Shown here: positions 45,483 to 55,324 of the stretch, in pieces
Layout: each line of letters opens with the position of its first letter
Position numbering within the stretch: the stretch's first letter is position 1
From: Akkermansia muciniphila
Lineage (GTDB): Bacteria > Verrucomicrobiota > Verrucomicrobiia > Verrucomicrobiales > Akkermansiaceae
Reading direction: 5' to 3'
DNA length: 64,000 nt
Assembly: GCA_945901795.1 (NCBI GenBank)
Contig: CAMDLP010000002.1
Span: 21,325 to 85,324 of the forward strand
Position numbers and translations under genes: made by a program
The notes under the pieces: generated by a model
Told to the model about the DNA's origin: nothing
Databases searched by the model: none
Seen by the model: only the letters and a program-made list of their open reading frames with translations

Positions 45483-45508
45483 GAGGGGAGGTATCCGCGA
45501 ACAGGTTC

Positions 45509-46150
45509 CTACTCGCTGAAACAATGGAACGCCTCGGCGCGCGTCACCGCGCGGGCTTCCCAACTGTCCGTGCCGAATCCATAGACATCGGTGATGATAG
45601 CGAGCTTCCGATTCCATAACTCCTCTGATAGCGGGAGCTGTAGATCGGCGTTCTCGATCGCCCGGGGAGGGCCGGTTCCGCCCTCGTCCTTGTAAGCGAA
45701 CTGCCAGAGTTTTCCGGCGCGGAGATCGCCCCTCTTCCATAACACCCGGACCGCCCGCGAAACCTCCTCGTGCCGCCGGTGCCGGGTGTATTCGCCGCGC
45801 GGGGCGTGGGTGATGAGAAGGTCGAAATCGCGCCCCGGCAGAAGTGACAGGATGGTATCCCGCACCAGCGTGGCGGCGAGCGGAGCCTGATCGGGACTGT
45901 CATCCAGATCGCCCATGGTTCCCTGCGCGTTGAGCCGCTCGACGGCGGAAAGAAATTTCGGCGCCCGGTCCGGATCGCTCCCGCGGCAGAGCGTCACGAC
46001 GAATGGCGACCACTCGGGATGACTCAGGAGAAGCCCCCCCGCCCACAGCGTTTCATCATCCGGATGGGCCACCACGACCGCGACCCGACGGATCTCTCCA
46101 AGATCCGAATCTTGTTCCATTTGTGTGTTCATAGCGTCTTCCTGCTTCAC
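45509..46150 (-). CDS. PIG-L/LmbE-family deacetylase
   Basis: VAVVVAHPDDETLWAGG and THAPRGEYTRHRRHEE. Confidence 0.8.
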   Translation of the reverse strand: MKQEDAMNTQMEQDSDLGEIRRVAVVVAHPDDETLWAGGLLLSHPEWSPFVVTLCRGSDPDRAPKFLSAVERLNAQGTMGDLDDSPDQAPLAATLVRDTILSLLPGRDFDLLITHAPRGEYTRHRRHEEVSRAVRVLWKRGDLRAGKLWQFAYKDEGGTGPPRAIENADLQLPLSEELWNRKLAIITDVYGFGTDSWEARAVTRAEAFHCFSE

Positions 46151-46262
46151 AGGGAGTCGGATCGCACGTGATTCGCGCCATTCGACGATTTGAACACAAT
46201 CTCATGAAAATCTATTTCAGACAACTTCTATCGTGCATCCAGCCCGCACGGTTTTGTCAGAT

Positions 46263-46793
46263 TCATTTGCCGGGACGGATGGCCTGCGCGTTGACGATCA
46301 GCAGATCCGGCGAGGAACCTTCGGCGACCTTGCCGGTGACGGTGACGGTGGCGAGTTTTTCTAACCCGCCGACGCCCTCGACGGACTCTTTGAGGACGCG
46401 TCCCTCGGCATCGATGATCTGGATGGTGGCGATGCCACGCTTCTTGTCTTCCGGCGAATCGCAACAGGCGTCCCACGGGGTTTCGCATTTGTCGCCTGGC
46501 GTCTCATTGCATGCGGTTAGAACCTTGGGATCGCCAAGGATGAAAGCGGCGCGCCCATCTACAAATGGCTTGGCATTACCCATGATCCGGCCGCTCAGGG
46601 TGATCACGTCGCCGGGCATGGCGGACGAGCGGATGAGGTGGATGGATTGCGGTTCGCCCGTGGGAGGAGTGGCGAGCACGGCGCTTAGGGCGGCGCTGGC
46701 CTCCTTGGCGGGTGCGGCGGTGGCTTGGGTTGGCTTTTCTTTGCACGAGGCGAGAAGGGCGGCGGTGGCGATGAGCAGACAGGTGGTTTTCAT
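46263..46793 (-). CDS. Lipoprotein with a Cys-rich motif, hypothetical
   Basis: MKTTCLLIATAALLASC lipobox; TACNETPGDKCETPWDACCDSPEDKK. Confidence 0.6.
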   Translation of the reverse strand: MKTTCLLIATAALLASCKEKPTQATAAPAKEASAALSAVLATPPTGEPQSIHLIRSSAMPGDVITLSGRIMGNAKPFVDGRAAFILGDPKVLTACNETPGDKCETPWDACCDSPEDKKRGIATIQIIDAEGRVLKESVEGVGGLEKLATVTVTGKVAEGSSPDLLIVNAQAIRPGK

Positions 46794-46810
46794 GTGGTGT
46801 TTTGTTGATG

Positions 46811-47962
46811 TTAGGACATTCGGAGAGCGGTGGGAAGCGGTGGTTTGAGGCAACGGAAGGCAGGCGGAAGGGCGCCGAGCAGGCCGAGAAGGAGCCCGGT
46901 TAAAATGCCGGTGATGGCGACGACGGGAGTGATTTCCAAGGTGAACGCCCCAATGGAAAATGGAAGGGTCCTGCCGTCAAGCAAGGTGACGGCGAAGACG
47001 GAGGAGAGCAGCGCGCCGGTCAGACAGGCGAGCGTGCTTTCCTGGATCAGACTCACTAACAGAGCGCCGCGTCCAAAGCCGATGGCTTGCAAGGTTGCCA
47101 TCTCACGGACGCGCGAGGCGAAAGCCGCATACAGCGTGTTGATGCCGCCGAACAAAGCACCTGCGGCGATCAGCCCGGCGGTGATCCAAGTCATGGCGCG
47201 CAGCGGTTTGAAGAAGGCGCTGAGACGGTCATAGTAATCGCTTTCCCGCAGGGCGCTGAGTTCGAGATCGAGCCGTTGTTTGGCGAAAAGATCGGCTTCC
47301 GCGAAATCGGCGGGATCATCGAGACGGATCACCACGCACGAGAGCGTTTCCCGTTTCGCGAGCACCCGCAGATCGCCGAGGTTGGCCCAGATTTCCGACT
47401 CGAGGACGGTTCCGGGAGCGGCGAAGGTGCCGGAGATCTTGAGTGATTGGTTGTCGAGAGTGAGGGTTGCGCCAAGCTTGAGGTCGCTTTCCTTCCAACC
47501 GAGTTTTCGCCATGCGAGACGTCCGGTCATCACCTCGCCCGCGCCGGGGAAAGCTCCTTCTATCAAACGAACCTCCGGATGCACCCGCAGCGCCTGCGGT
47601 GTGACGCCGCGGAGCACTCCCTGGCTGCGACGACCGTCTGGCAGATTGAGGAAATTCATGTAATGGATCTCGCTGGAAACAGCGCGCACTCCGAGGGATT
47701 CCGAGATGCCGATGATCCCGGACTCGGCAATTCCGGCGGTCCGCTCGGCGACCTCGCTGCGCTGGATGCTTTCTTCGGAACCCGCACCGACGAGGATGAT
47801 ATTCCGGTCCGATCCGGATGCGGAAAGCACTCGCTTCATGCCATGGTTGATGGCGACCGAGGCCATGACCAACAGCACCACCACCGCGCTGCCGCCGATG
47901 GTTTGCAGCAACCGGGTCTTGGAGCGGAACAGGTTCCGCACGGCATAGGTAAATGGGAGCAT
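46811..47962 (-). CDS. ABC transporter permease, FtsX/MacB-like
   Basis: N-terminal TM, large periplasmic domain, C-terminal 3-TM FtsX block. Confidence 0.8.
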   Translation of the reverse strand: MLPFTYAVRNLFRSKTRLLQTIGGSAVVVLLVMASVAINHGMKRVLSASGSDRNIILVGAGSEESIQRSEVAERTAGIAESGIIGISESLGVRAVSSEIHYMNFLNLPDGRRSQGVLRGVTPQALRVHPEVRLIEGAFPGAGEVMTGRLAWRKLGWKESDLKLGATLTLDNQSLKISGTFAAPGTVLESEIWANLGDLRVLAKRETLSCVVIRLDDPADFAEADLFAKQRLDLELSALRESDYYDRLSAFFKPLRAMTWITAGLIAAGALFGGINTLYAAFASRVREMATLQAIGFGRGALLVSLIQESTLACLTGALLSSVFAVTLLDGRTLPFSIGAFTLEITPVVAITGILTGLLLGLLGALPPAFRCLKPPLPTALRMS

Positions 47963-47963
47963 G

Positions 47964-49112
47964 TTAGCTGCGGAGGTTTTTGACGATCGGTTGAGTCATC
48001 GCTTGGAAGGCGGGCCATAAGGACGCGAAAATCCCTAATAATAATGCAGCACCCACCCCGATTGCGATGACGGTGGCGTCCGGCTGGATGGCAAGAGTTT
48101 GTCCTTCATTGCCCATGGTAAAACTCTGCCAACGAAGGAATACGGCGGCCAGTCCGACGCCGACCACGCCGCCGGCGAGGCCGAGCATTCCACCTTCGCT
48201 GAGGACGAGCCATGCGATGGCGCAGCTAGGAAATCCGAGGGTCCGCAAGACCGCGTTTTCCTTCACCCGGCCGCGCACGACTAACAGCAGCGCGTTGGCA
48301 ACCAAGCCGCCCACGGCGAGCACTGCGCCGACACCCAGCCAGCGGGTGAAGCCAATCAACTCGATGAGCTCGGATGCGGTTTCGGCGAAAAAGGCTTTCT
48401 CCGGGCGGGTGTCGGTAGGTTCGTGGCCGGAACGAAACAATTCATCAATCGCCTTGGAGACGGGTTCGAGTTGCTTCGAGTCGTTCACCCGCACGTTGAA
48501 CTGGGTGACCACGCCGAGACCGGCGCGCGACGCTTGTTGGAGAAATGGGAGTTTCACGTAGGCGACGTTGTTGTCCTGCGCGAAAGGCGAGCGGATGATG
48601 CCGGAAACCGTGACCGTCACGCCCGCCGCATCGAAGCGGTCACCCGGCTTGAGTCCGCGACGACGGGCAAAAATCTCTCCTAACAAAGCGCCATCGTCGC
48701 GGCGTTGCCAGGCTTCCTCACTGCCATCGATGATGGTGATTTCAGGGGCGAATTTCCGCAGCAGGTCGCCGGGGACGCCGCGGAAGGTGACAACATCGAG
48801 CGACGCACCACAGTTATTGACGACGATCTGAACTGGCACGACTTCGCGGACGCCGTCGATGCGCCGGATTTCATCGGCGTAATGTTCGGGCAGGCGGCTT
48901 GTGGATGGGCAGAAGCGGTTCTGCCGATAGACCACCAGCGTGGTATCAGCGGCGGATGCGGCAGTGGCCTTTGCCAAGGATCGCTGGAGGGTTTCCACGG
49001 CGGTGAAGAGGAACATCCCGGATGCGACGCCGAGGATCGTCAGCAGCGAACGCACACGATGGCGGACGAGCTGGATCCAAGCGAGCTTGAGCAGATTGAG
49101 CGCGGGATTCAT
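47964..49112 (-). CDS. ABC transporter permease, FtsX/MacB-like (second copy)
   Basis: Same architecture as 46811-47962; 4-nt overlap with the ATPase gene. Confidence 0.8.
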   Translation of the reverse strand: MNPALNLLKLAWIQLVRHRVRSLLTILGVASGMFLFTAVETLQRSLAKATAASAADTTLVVYRQNRFCPSTSRLPEHYADEIRRIDGVREVVPVQIVVNNCGASLDVVTFRGVPGDLLRKFAPEITIIDGSEEAWQRRDDGALLGEIFARRRGLKPGDRFDAAGVTVTVSGIIRSPFAQDNNVAYVKLPFLQQASRAGLGVVTQFNVRVNDSKQLEPVSKAIDELFRSGHEPTDTRPEKAFFAETASELIELIGFTRWLGVGAVLAVGGLVANALLLVVRGRVKENAVLRTLGFPSCAIAWLVLSEGGMLGLAGGVVGVGLAAVFLRWQSFTMGNEGQTLAIQPDATVIAIGVGAALLLGIFASLWPAFQAMTQPIVKNLRS

Positions 49113-49792
49113 GCGTTTTCGAGAAGCTGGCCTTTTTCCAGATACAGAATGCGGTCGGCGGCGGCGGCGGCTTTGGCATCGTGCGTGACCATGACGATGG
49201 TCTTGCCAAACTCTGCGGCGAGTTGGCGGAGCAGGTCGAGAATCCGGGTGGCGGACTCGCGGTCGAGGTCGCCGGTGGGTTCGTCCGCGACGAGCAGCGG
49301 AGGATCCGCGACCATAGCGCGGGCAATGGCGACGCGTTGTTCCTGGCCACCGGATAGCTCGGATGGCGTGTGATGGATGCGGTCGCCGAGGCCGACGAGT
49401 GCCAACGCGGTCTCCACCCGGTCGTGGCGCTCGCTTTTTGATAGATTGGAAAGCAACAAGGGCAGCTCCACGTTTTCAAAAGCCGTGAGCACCGGCACGA
49501 GATGATAGAGTTGGAAAATATAGCCGACGTGGTGGGCTCGCCATTTCGTGAGGTCGCGACGGGAGAGCTTGGCGAGCTCGGTGCCGGCAATCACCAACGA
49601 GCCCGCAGTGGGCGAGTCGATGCCGGAAAGCAGGTTCAGCAGCGTGGTTTTTCCCGAGCCGGATGGTCCCATCAGTGCGAGGAATTCGCCCTTCGGCACA
49701 TCGAGGTCGAGGGCTTCGAGAGGCGTCACGATGGTGCTGCCCTTGTGATAGCTTTTCGAAACGCCACGGCATTGGATCATCGGGAGATTCAT
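49109..49792 (-). CDS. ABC transporter ATP-binding protein (LolD/MacB-type)
   Basis: From MNLPMIQCRGVSKSY; GPSGSGKTT, LSGGQEQRVAIARA, LLVADEPTGDLD. Confidence 0.9.
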   Translation of the reverse strand: MNLPMIQCRGVSKSYHKGSTIVTPLEALDLDVPKGEFLALMGPSGSGKTTLLNLLSGIDSPTAGSLVIAGTELAKLSRRDLTKWRAHHVGYIFQLYHLVPVLTAFENVELPLLLSNLSKSERHDRVETALALVGLGDRIHHTPSELSGGQEQRVAIARAMVADPPLLVADEPTGDLDRESATRILDLLRQLAAEFGKTIVMVTHDAKAAAAADRILYLEKGQLLENA

Positions 49793-51177
49793 GGTTGTTT
49801 GAGTGTGGAATTGACGCGCTGACCGTCGCGCAGGCTCTTGGGGGAAAGGACGACCTGCTCGCCGGGGCGCAGGCCTTGGGAAATGCGGATGAAGCCGTCG
49901 CGTTGTTGGGTCGTTGAACTCACGGAACGTTTTGTCACCCGATGAGATTCGGGATCGCAAACCCACACGGCACCGTCTGCCAGTGCTGCTTGAGGAATCC
50001 ACAACGCGAGTGAGGCGGTGGATGAACCGGATGCAGATCCGGCGGCGGTGCCGAGAAACTCGACGCGGCAAAGCATTTCCGGGCGAAGCATTTCGATCGG
50101 ATCGAGGATGCGGACTTTCGCCTGCAGGGTGTTGCGCTGCACGTCCGCCTCGCCGGTGATGCGCGTGACCTCGCCGATGAACACCTTGTCTGGAAGCAGG
50201 CTGCAGCGGATTTTCGCCTCCTGGCCGACGCTTAATCCGGCTGCATCGGCGAGTGGAACATCGACACGGACCTGGAGATTGTCCGGCTGATAGACGATGG
50301 CGATGGTCGAGCTGTCGGGATCGTCCATGCCGAGTCTCTTCTTCTGCCCCGGAGCGGCGAGCAGGCGCAACACGCGACCATCGACGGGAGAAACGATGCG
50401 GGTGCGGGTGAGCGAGAGTTTCGCTTGATCGACCTCTACGGCGGCGGCGGCCACCTCGGCCTCGCGGACTTTCGTTTCGAGTTCCATGCGGGTGATTTCC
50501 GCCCCGGCGGCCGCGCTATCGGCTTCGGCGGCGGTGCTTTGCAAGCGCTCGCGATCGAGGCGCAGGCGGGCGGAGACGACGTCGGATTCCGACACGGTGC
50601 CTTGCCGCATGCCGGACATGCGCGAGTGCTGGTCCGCCGCTTCCTCCTTGAGTGTTAGGGCGGCCTGCTCGGTCGCGCGGGCGGATTCGAGTTTCTTGCG
50701 CGCCGCTGCAATGGAGGCGATCTGGGCCGCGCGCGTGGCAATCAATATCTGGTGCTTTTGCTCGGCGGCAGCAAGGGTGAGGCGGGCGTCGGCGTCAACC
50801 AGCGTGGCTAACAGCTCATCTTTATCGACCGCCTGGCCTTCCAGCACGTGCACGATATCCACGACGCCGTCGATGAGCGCGGTCGCCTTGATCGGCAGCG
50901 GGTCGGGCTCGATCCAACCGCTGGCTTGGAACAGCAGGTGGCCCGCGGCAGCCGCTACGGGCGCAGCGCTTACAGCAGTCGGGTCCGGAGAAGTGGCCAT
51001 CACCAAGGCGACATCCACGTCCGGAGCGGGTAGCAAGCGGTCGCGGAAAAGTGCTAGAAAGAGGACGGCGAATCCCGCGGCGATGGCCAGCGGGATGGCC
51101 CACGCGGGAACGCGGCGCGCGGAAGGAACCGCTGCGGCGGGGCGGGAAAGGGAATCGAGTGAAGGAACGGGGTTCAT
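49789..51177 (-). CDS. HlyD/MacA-family periplasmic adaptor
   Basis: N-terminal anchor, long coiled-coil hairpin, beta-barrel region; ATGA overlap with the ATPase gene. Confidence 0.8.
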   Translation of the reverse strand: MNPVPSLDSLSRPAAAVPSARRVPAWAIPLAIAAGFAVLFLALFRDRLLPAPDVDVALVMATSPDPTAVSAAPVAAAAGHLLFQASGWIEPDPLPIKATALIDGVVDIVHVLEGQAVDKDELLATLVDADARLTLAAAEQKHQILIATRAAQIASIAAARKKLESARATEQAALTLKEEAADQHSRMSGMRQGTVSESDVVSARLRLDRERLQSTAAEADSAAAGAEITRMELETKVREAEVAAAAVEVDQAKLSLTRTRIVSPVDGRVLRLLAAPGQKKRLGMDDPDSSTIAIVYQPDNLQVRVDVPLADAAGLSVGQEAKIRCSLLPDKVFIGEVTRITGEADVQRNTLQAKVRILDPIEMLRPEMLCRVEFLGTAAGSASGSSTASLALWIPQAALADGAVWVCDPESHRVTKRSVSSTTQQRDGFIRISQGLRPGEQVVLSPKSLRDGQRVNSTLKQP

Positions 51178-51275
51178 GGGAATCGGAAATTTTGGAGACG
51201 GCAAGGCCCTGACACGGGCATGCGATACGACCCCGCCGGACGAGCGGGATCACGAGGGGCTGTTAGCTGCCGCTC

Positions 51276-51659
51276 TTAAAGTCTCCAAACTCCCAACACC
51301 GCTCGATGCGCCGCCGGAGAGGTCGGGCCCCGGATCCGTTCCGGCCGCGCGAAAACCTTGCGGTCGCGTGCGATTCTCAACGGCGCCAAAATGGGGTGTT
51401 CACAGATGAAGGTGTTGATTGCCGGTGGCAGTCCGATCGAAGGCTGGGGCGCGGGTGCGTCGGGCAGCGCCTCAAGATCCACGCAGCAGGGATCGTCCTC
51501 ATCGCTTTCCCGCGTGCAGTCCGGGCAGCACTCCGAATCCGGGCCACCCTCGGCCATGAGGATTTGTTGATCAAGGAAACAGACGCGAAAGGGCGACGCC
51601 GCTGTCGGGAGCATCATCCCGAGGCAGGCCAGCAAGAACGCTGCGATCACCCTTTGCAT
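51276..51659 (-). CDS. Small secreted Cys-doublet protein (127 aa)
   Basis: Signal peptide MQRVIAAFLLACLGMMLPTAAS; RVCF..., SECCPDC, DDPCCVD, LEALPDAPAP; immediately upstream of the ABC efflux module. Confidence 0.5.
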   Translation of the reverse strand: MQRVIAAFLLACLGMMLPTAASPFRVCFLDQQILMAEGGPDSECCPDCTRESDEDDPCCVDLEALPDAPAPQPSIGLPPAINTFICEHPILAPLRIARDRKVFARPERIRGPTSPAAHRAVLGVWRL

Positions 51660-51736
51660 AAGACTGAGGTCTCACGGATGAGAGGCCGGGGTCAAGGGAA
51701 GTATTCCGCCTGATCCGGCCTTTCGACCGTGCGCCT

Positions 51737-52171
51737 TCACTTCTTTTTGCCGCAGGCGCAGCGCCATTCTGGACTGCCGCAAGGGGCGCATTTTTTCTCG
51801 TTGTAGTGCAGGCGCGCGGTGATGGGCTTGGCTGAGGCGCTGTCTTTGTATTGTAAGATCAGCCACTCGCCTTCTTTGGGGGCGGGGACCGTGAAGCCGC
51901 TTTCGTTCTTGGTGACTTCGAGTTTGACGGGCTTCTCACGGGATCCCGCGGTGGCGGTCACCGACTGGGCCTCGATCTTCACGGGCTTCATGTCCTTGTC
52001 GAGTATGGCAATGAGGAGTTTGCCATCCTTGGCGGCAACTTCGCCGTGCATGGTTTCGTTGGTGCTGAATTCGAGGATGCGACCTTTGTTAGGACCGAGT
52101 TCCACACCTTCGTGGGCAAGGACGAGGGTGGCGGTTAGGGCAAGCAGGATGGTGGTCAGTTTGGTTTTCAT
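51737..52171 (-). CDS. Periplasmic protein with a C-terminal Cys cluster (putative metal-binding)
   Basis: Signal peptide MKTKLTTILLALTATLVLAHE; C-terminus KKCAPCGSPEWRCACGKKK; directly downstream of the RND pump gene. Confidence 0.6.
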   Translation of the reverse strand: MKTKLTTILLALTATLVLAHEGVELGPNKGRILEFSTNETMHGEVAAKDGKLLIAILDKDMKPVKIEAQSVTATAGSREKPVKLEVTKNESGFTVPAPKEGEWLILQYKDSASAKPITARLHYNEKKCAPCGSPEWRCACGKKK

Positions 52172-52189
52172 TTTTGGTTCGGTTGGTTT

Positions 52190-55100
52190 TTATCGGGCGG
52201 CTGGAGCGTCCAGCCTGAGAGCTTTCTCCGCCGCCCTCCTGCCGATCAGGAAGAAAACGGCCGGGGTGACGACGAGGTCGAGGAGGGTGGAGGAAATCAA
52301 TCCGCCGACGATGGCGACGGCGACGGGATGCAGGATTTCCTTGCCGGGCTCGCCTGGCGCGAGCACCAGCGGGATGAGCGCGATGCCGGCGGCTAGCGCG
52401 GTCATGAGCACGGGAACGAGCCGTTCCTGGGTGCCGCGAGTGATCAGTCGAATCCCGAAGACCTCCCCCTCATGGCGCATCAGGTGGAGGTAGTGGGAAA
52501 TCATCATGATGCCGTTTCTAGCAGCCACGCCGCCGACGGCGATGAAGCCGACCAGGGTGGCGATGCTGATATTGTCGATCTTCCACCAAGTAAAGGCGAG
52601 CGCGCCGGCGAGGGCGAGCGGGAGATTGAGCATGACCTGCAACGCGAGCGAAAGGCTGCGGAAATATCCGGTTAGAAGCACGGCGATGACTCCGGCGACG
52701 ATGGCGAAGAGGGTGAGAATCCGCTTCGACGCCTGCTCGCGGGCGAGGTATTCGCCCTCGAAACGCAGGGTGTAGCCGTCGGGAAGTTTTACCTGTTCGG
52801 AAACGGCGCGCTGCCAGTTTTTCACCAGTGATTCGAGGTCGCGCTCGCCGGTGTTCGCGCCGATGACGATGCGGCGCTGGCCATTCTCGCGGTTGATCAC
52901 ATTCGGGCCGTTGACTTCGTGCACGTCGGCGACGAGCGAAAGCGGGAGATGGCGGCCATCGGGTGTCTGGATCAGGAGATCGCCGATTTTCTCGGGCCAA
53001 GTGCGCCAGCTTTCGGGCAGGCGCATGACGAGGTCCACGGTGGCCTCGCCCTCGCGGAGCTCACCAAGCATGGAGCCGCCTAACAATCGCGAGACCTGGC
53101 TGTTGATGGCACCGGGCGCGAGTCCTTCGAGACGGGCACGGGCACGGTCCACTTCGATGCGGATCTGGGGAATGGGCACCTGGGCTTCGAGGTTCACGTC
53201 GGTGAGGCCGGGGATGCTTTTCCCGACATCTTTCACCTGGCTGCCGAGGCGGCGGAGTGTGTCGAGATCCGGGCCGTGGATCTTCACGGCGATTTTCGCG
53301 GAAACGCCGCTGAGCATGTGGCTGAGGCGGTGGCCGATGGGTTGGCCGACGTTGACGAAGGTGCCGGGGATGCCTTTGAGCTTGTCGCGGATCTCCTCGA
53401 AAACCTCCTCGCGATGGCGGCCGCCTTCGTGGAATTCGACGTCGAACTCGTTGACGGAAACCGGCATGACATGGTCGTCGCGCTCGGCACGTCCGGCGCG
53501 GCGGCCGACGGATTTGACTTCGGGGATTTCCAACAGCAGCTCGACGGCTTTTTGGCCGACTTCATTCGATTGTTTTAACGAGGTGCCGGGCGCACTGGCG
53601 AAGGAAATGGTGGCGCTGCCTTCGTTGAAGGTCGGCAGGAACTCCTTGCCCATGCCCGGATAGAGCATGGCGGCTCCGGCGACTAGCAGGATGACCACGC
53701 CAATGACAGCGAGCGGCGCACCAAACGCTACGCGAAGGAAAGTGGCGCGGGTGAAGGCTTTGAGCGCTCTGACCAAGGGTCCGTCACGATGTTTTTTACC
53801 TTCTTTCGGCTTCAAAAGGAACGAGCAAAGCACCGGGATCACGGTGAGTGAAACAACGAAGGATGCGCCCATGCTAACGATGGTCGCGATGGCGATGGGG
53901 TGGAACAAGCGCCCTTCAAGTCCTGCTAATCCAAGTAACGGGACGAAAACGAGGATGATGAGAATCGTCGCGTAGAGAATGCTGGACCGGACTTCACTCG
54001 ACGCGGCGGCGATGACCTCTAAGCGCGGCTTAGGCTCAGGCAACGATGCGTTTTCCCGCAGTCGGCGGAAGACGTTCTCCACATCGACAATGGCATCATC
54101 CACCACCATGCCGATGGCGACGGCGATGCCACCGAGCGTCATGCTGTTCACACTGATGTCGAACCATTTGAAGGTGAGAAGCGTGATCGCGAACGATAGC
54201 GGAATGGCGGTGAGCGTGATAAAGGTAGTACGGAAATTTAGCAGGAAAATGAAAAGAACGATGGTGACCATGATGGCACCGTCGCGGATGGCTTCCTTCA
54301 AATTTCCAACAGCGTGTTCGATGAAATCTCCCTGACGGAAAAGGATGCCGACTTCAACTCCTGCGGGTAGGCCGGGGCGGAGTTCTTCGAGGGCTTTTTC
54401 GATTTCGGCGGTTAGCTTCAGGGTGTCGAAACCGGGAGCCTTGTCGATGCTGAGCACGACACCGGCCGTTTCCTGTTTGTCACCCTCGAAGGCGATGGCC
54501 GCGTCGCCGCGCATGGTGGCGACGCCGAATTTCACGGTGGCGACGTCGGCGATGGTGACGATGCGGTCGCCGTCGCGCTTGATGATGGCGGCGGAGATGT
54601 CTTCAGGATCGGCGGTCATGGCGAGGTTGCGGACCATGATTTCACGCGGGCCGGACTGGAGGTAGCCGCTGGTGGCATTGCCCGCGGAGAGCGAGACGGC
54701 GGTTTCCAGTTCCTCTAACGATATGCCCTCGGCCTGCATTTTCATGGGGTCCGGCTCGACGTGGACTTCCTTGACGCCGCCGCCGATGGCGAGGACCTCG
54801 GCGACGCCGGGAATGCTTTGCAAACGGCGGGCGACGGTCCACTCGGCGAAGGTGCGGAGGTCCATCGGCGCGATGGTGTTGTCCTTCGAGCGCAGCCCGA
54901 CGAGCAGGATTTCCCCCATCAGCGAGGAGACCGGTGTCATGCCGGAGCGCGCGCCTTCGGGCAAGGGCGCGGCTTGCAAGCGTTCTTGGACGAGTTGGCG
55001 AGCCTTGTAAATATCGGTGCCCCAGCCGAACTCGACGAAGACCAGCGAGAGGCCGACGTCGGAATTCGAGCGCAGGCGGTCGAGTCCGCCGACGCCTAGC

Positions 55101-55318
55101 AGGGCGTTTTCCAGCGGGCGGGTAACGAGGGTTTCGACCTCCTCGGGGGCTAGGCCGGGAGCTTCCGTCAGCACGGTGACGGTGGGCTTGGTCATGTCCG
55201 GAAGGACTTCGACGGGAAGTTCCGTGGCGGCGCGAATACCTAACAATAAGACAAGCAGCGCGACGGCGATGACGAGCGCCCGGTTCTTGAGCGAAAAGCG
55301 GATCAGGTGATTGAGCAT
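52190..55318 (-). CDS. CusA/CzcA-family heavy-metal efflux RND transporter
   Basis: 1042 aa, 12-TM RND architecture, HME-type N-terminus MLNHLIRFSLKNRALVIAVALLVLLLG. Confidence 0.92.
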   Translation of the reverse strand: MLNHLIRFSLKNRALVIAVALLVLLLGIRAATELPVEVLPDMTKPTVTVLTEAPGLAPEEVETLVTRPLENALLGVGGLDRLRSNSDVGLSLVFVEFGWGTDIYKARQLVQERLQAAPLPEGARSGMTPVSSLMGEILLVGLRSKDNTIAPMDLRTFAEWTVARRLQSIPGVAEVLAIGGGVKEVHVEPDPMKMQAEGISLEELETAVSLSAGNATSGYLQSGPREIMVRNLAMTADPEDISAAIIKRDGDRIVTIADVATVKFGVATMRGDAAIAFEGDKQETAGVVLSIDKAPGFDTLKLTAEIEKALEELRPGLPAGVEVGILFRQGDFIEHAVGNLKEAIRDGAIMVTIVLFIFLLNFRTTFITLTAIPLSFAITLLTFKWFDISVNSMTLGGIAVAIGMVVDDAIVDVENVFRRLRENASLPEPKPRLEVIAAASSEVRSSILYATILIILVFVPLLGLAGLEGRLFHPIAIATIVSMGASFVVSLTVIPVLCSFLLKPKEGKKHRDGPLVRALKAFTRATFLRVAFGAPLAVIGVVILLVAGAAMLYPGMGKEFLPTFNEGSATISFASAPGTSLKQSNEVGQKAVELLLEIPEVKSVGRRAGRAERDDHVMPVSVNEFDVEFHEGGRHREEVFEEIRDKLKGIPGTFVNVGQPIGHRLSHMLSGVSAKIAVKIHGPDLDTLRRLGSQVKDVGKSIPGLTDVNLEAQVPIPQIRIEVDRARARLEGLAPGAINSQVSRLLGGSMLGELREGEATVDLVMRLPESWRTWPEKIGDLLIQTPDGRHLPLSLVADVHEVNGPNVINRENGQRRIVIGANTGERDLESLVKNWQRAVSEQVKLPDGYTLRFEGEYLAREQASKRILTLFAIVAGVIAVLLTGYFRSLSLALQVMLNLPLALAGALAFTWWKIDNISIATLVGFIAVGGVAARNGIMMISHYLHLMRHEGEVFGIRLITRGTQERLVPVLMTALAAGIALIPLVLAPGEPGKEILHPVAVAIVGGLISSTLLDLVVTPAVFFLIGRRAAEKALRLDAPAAR

Positions 55319-55324
55319 GATCGA

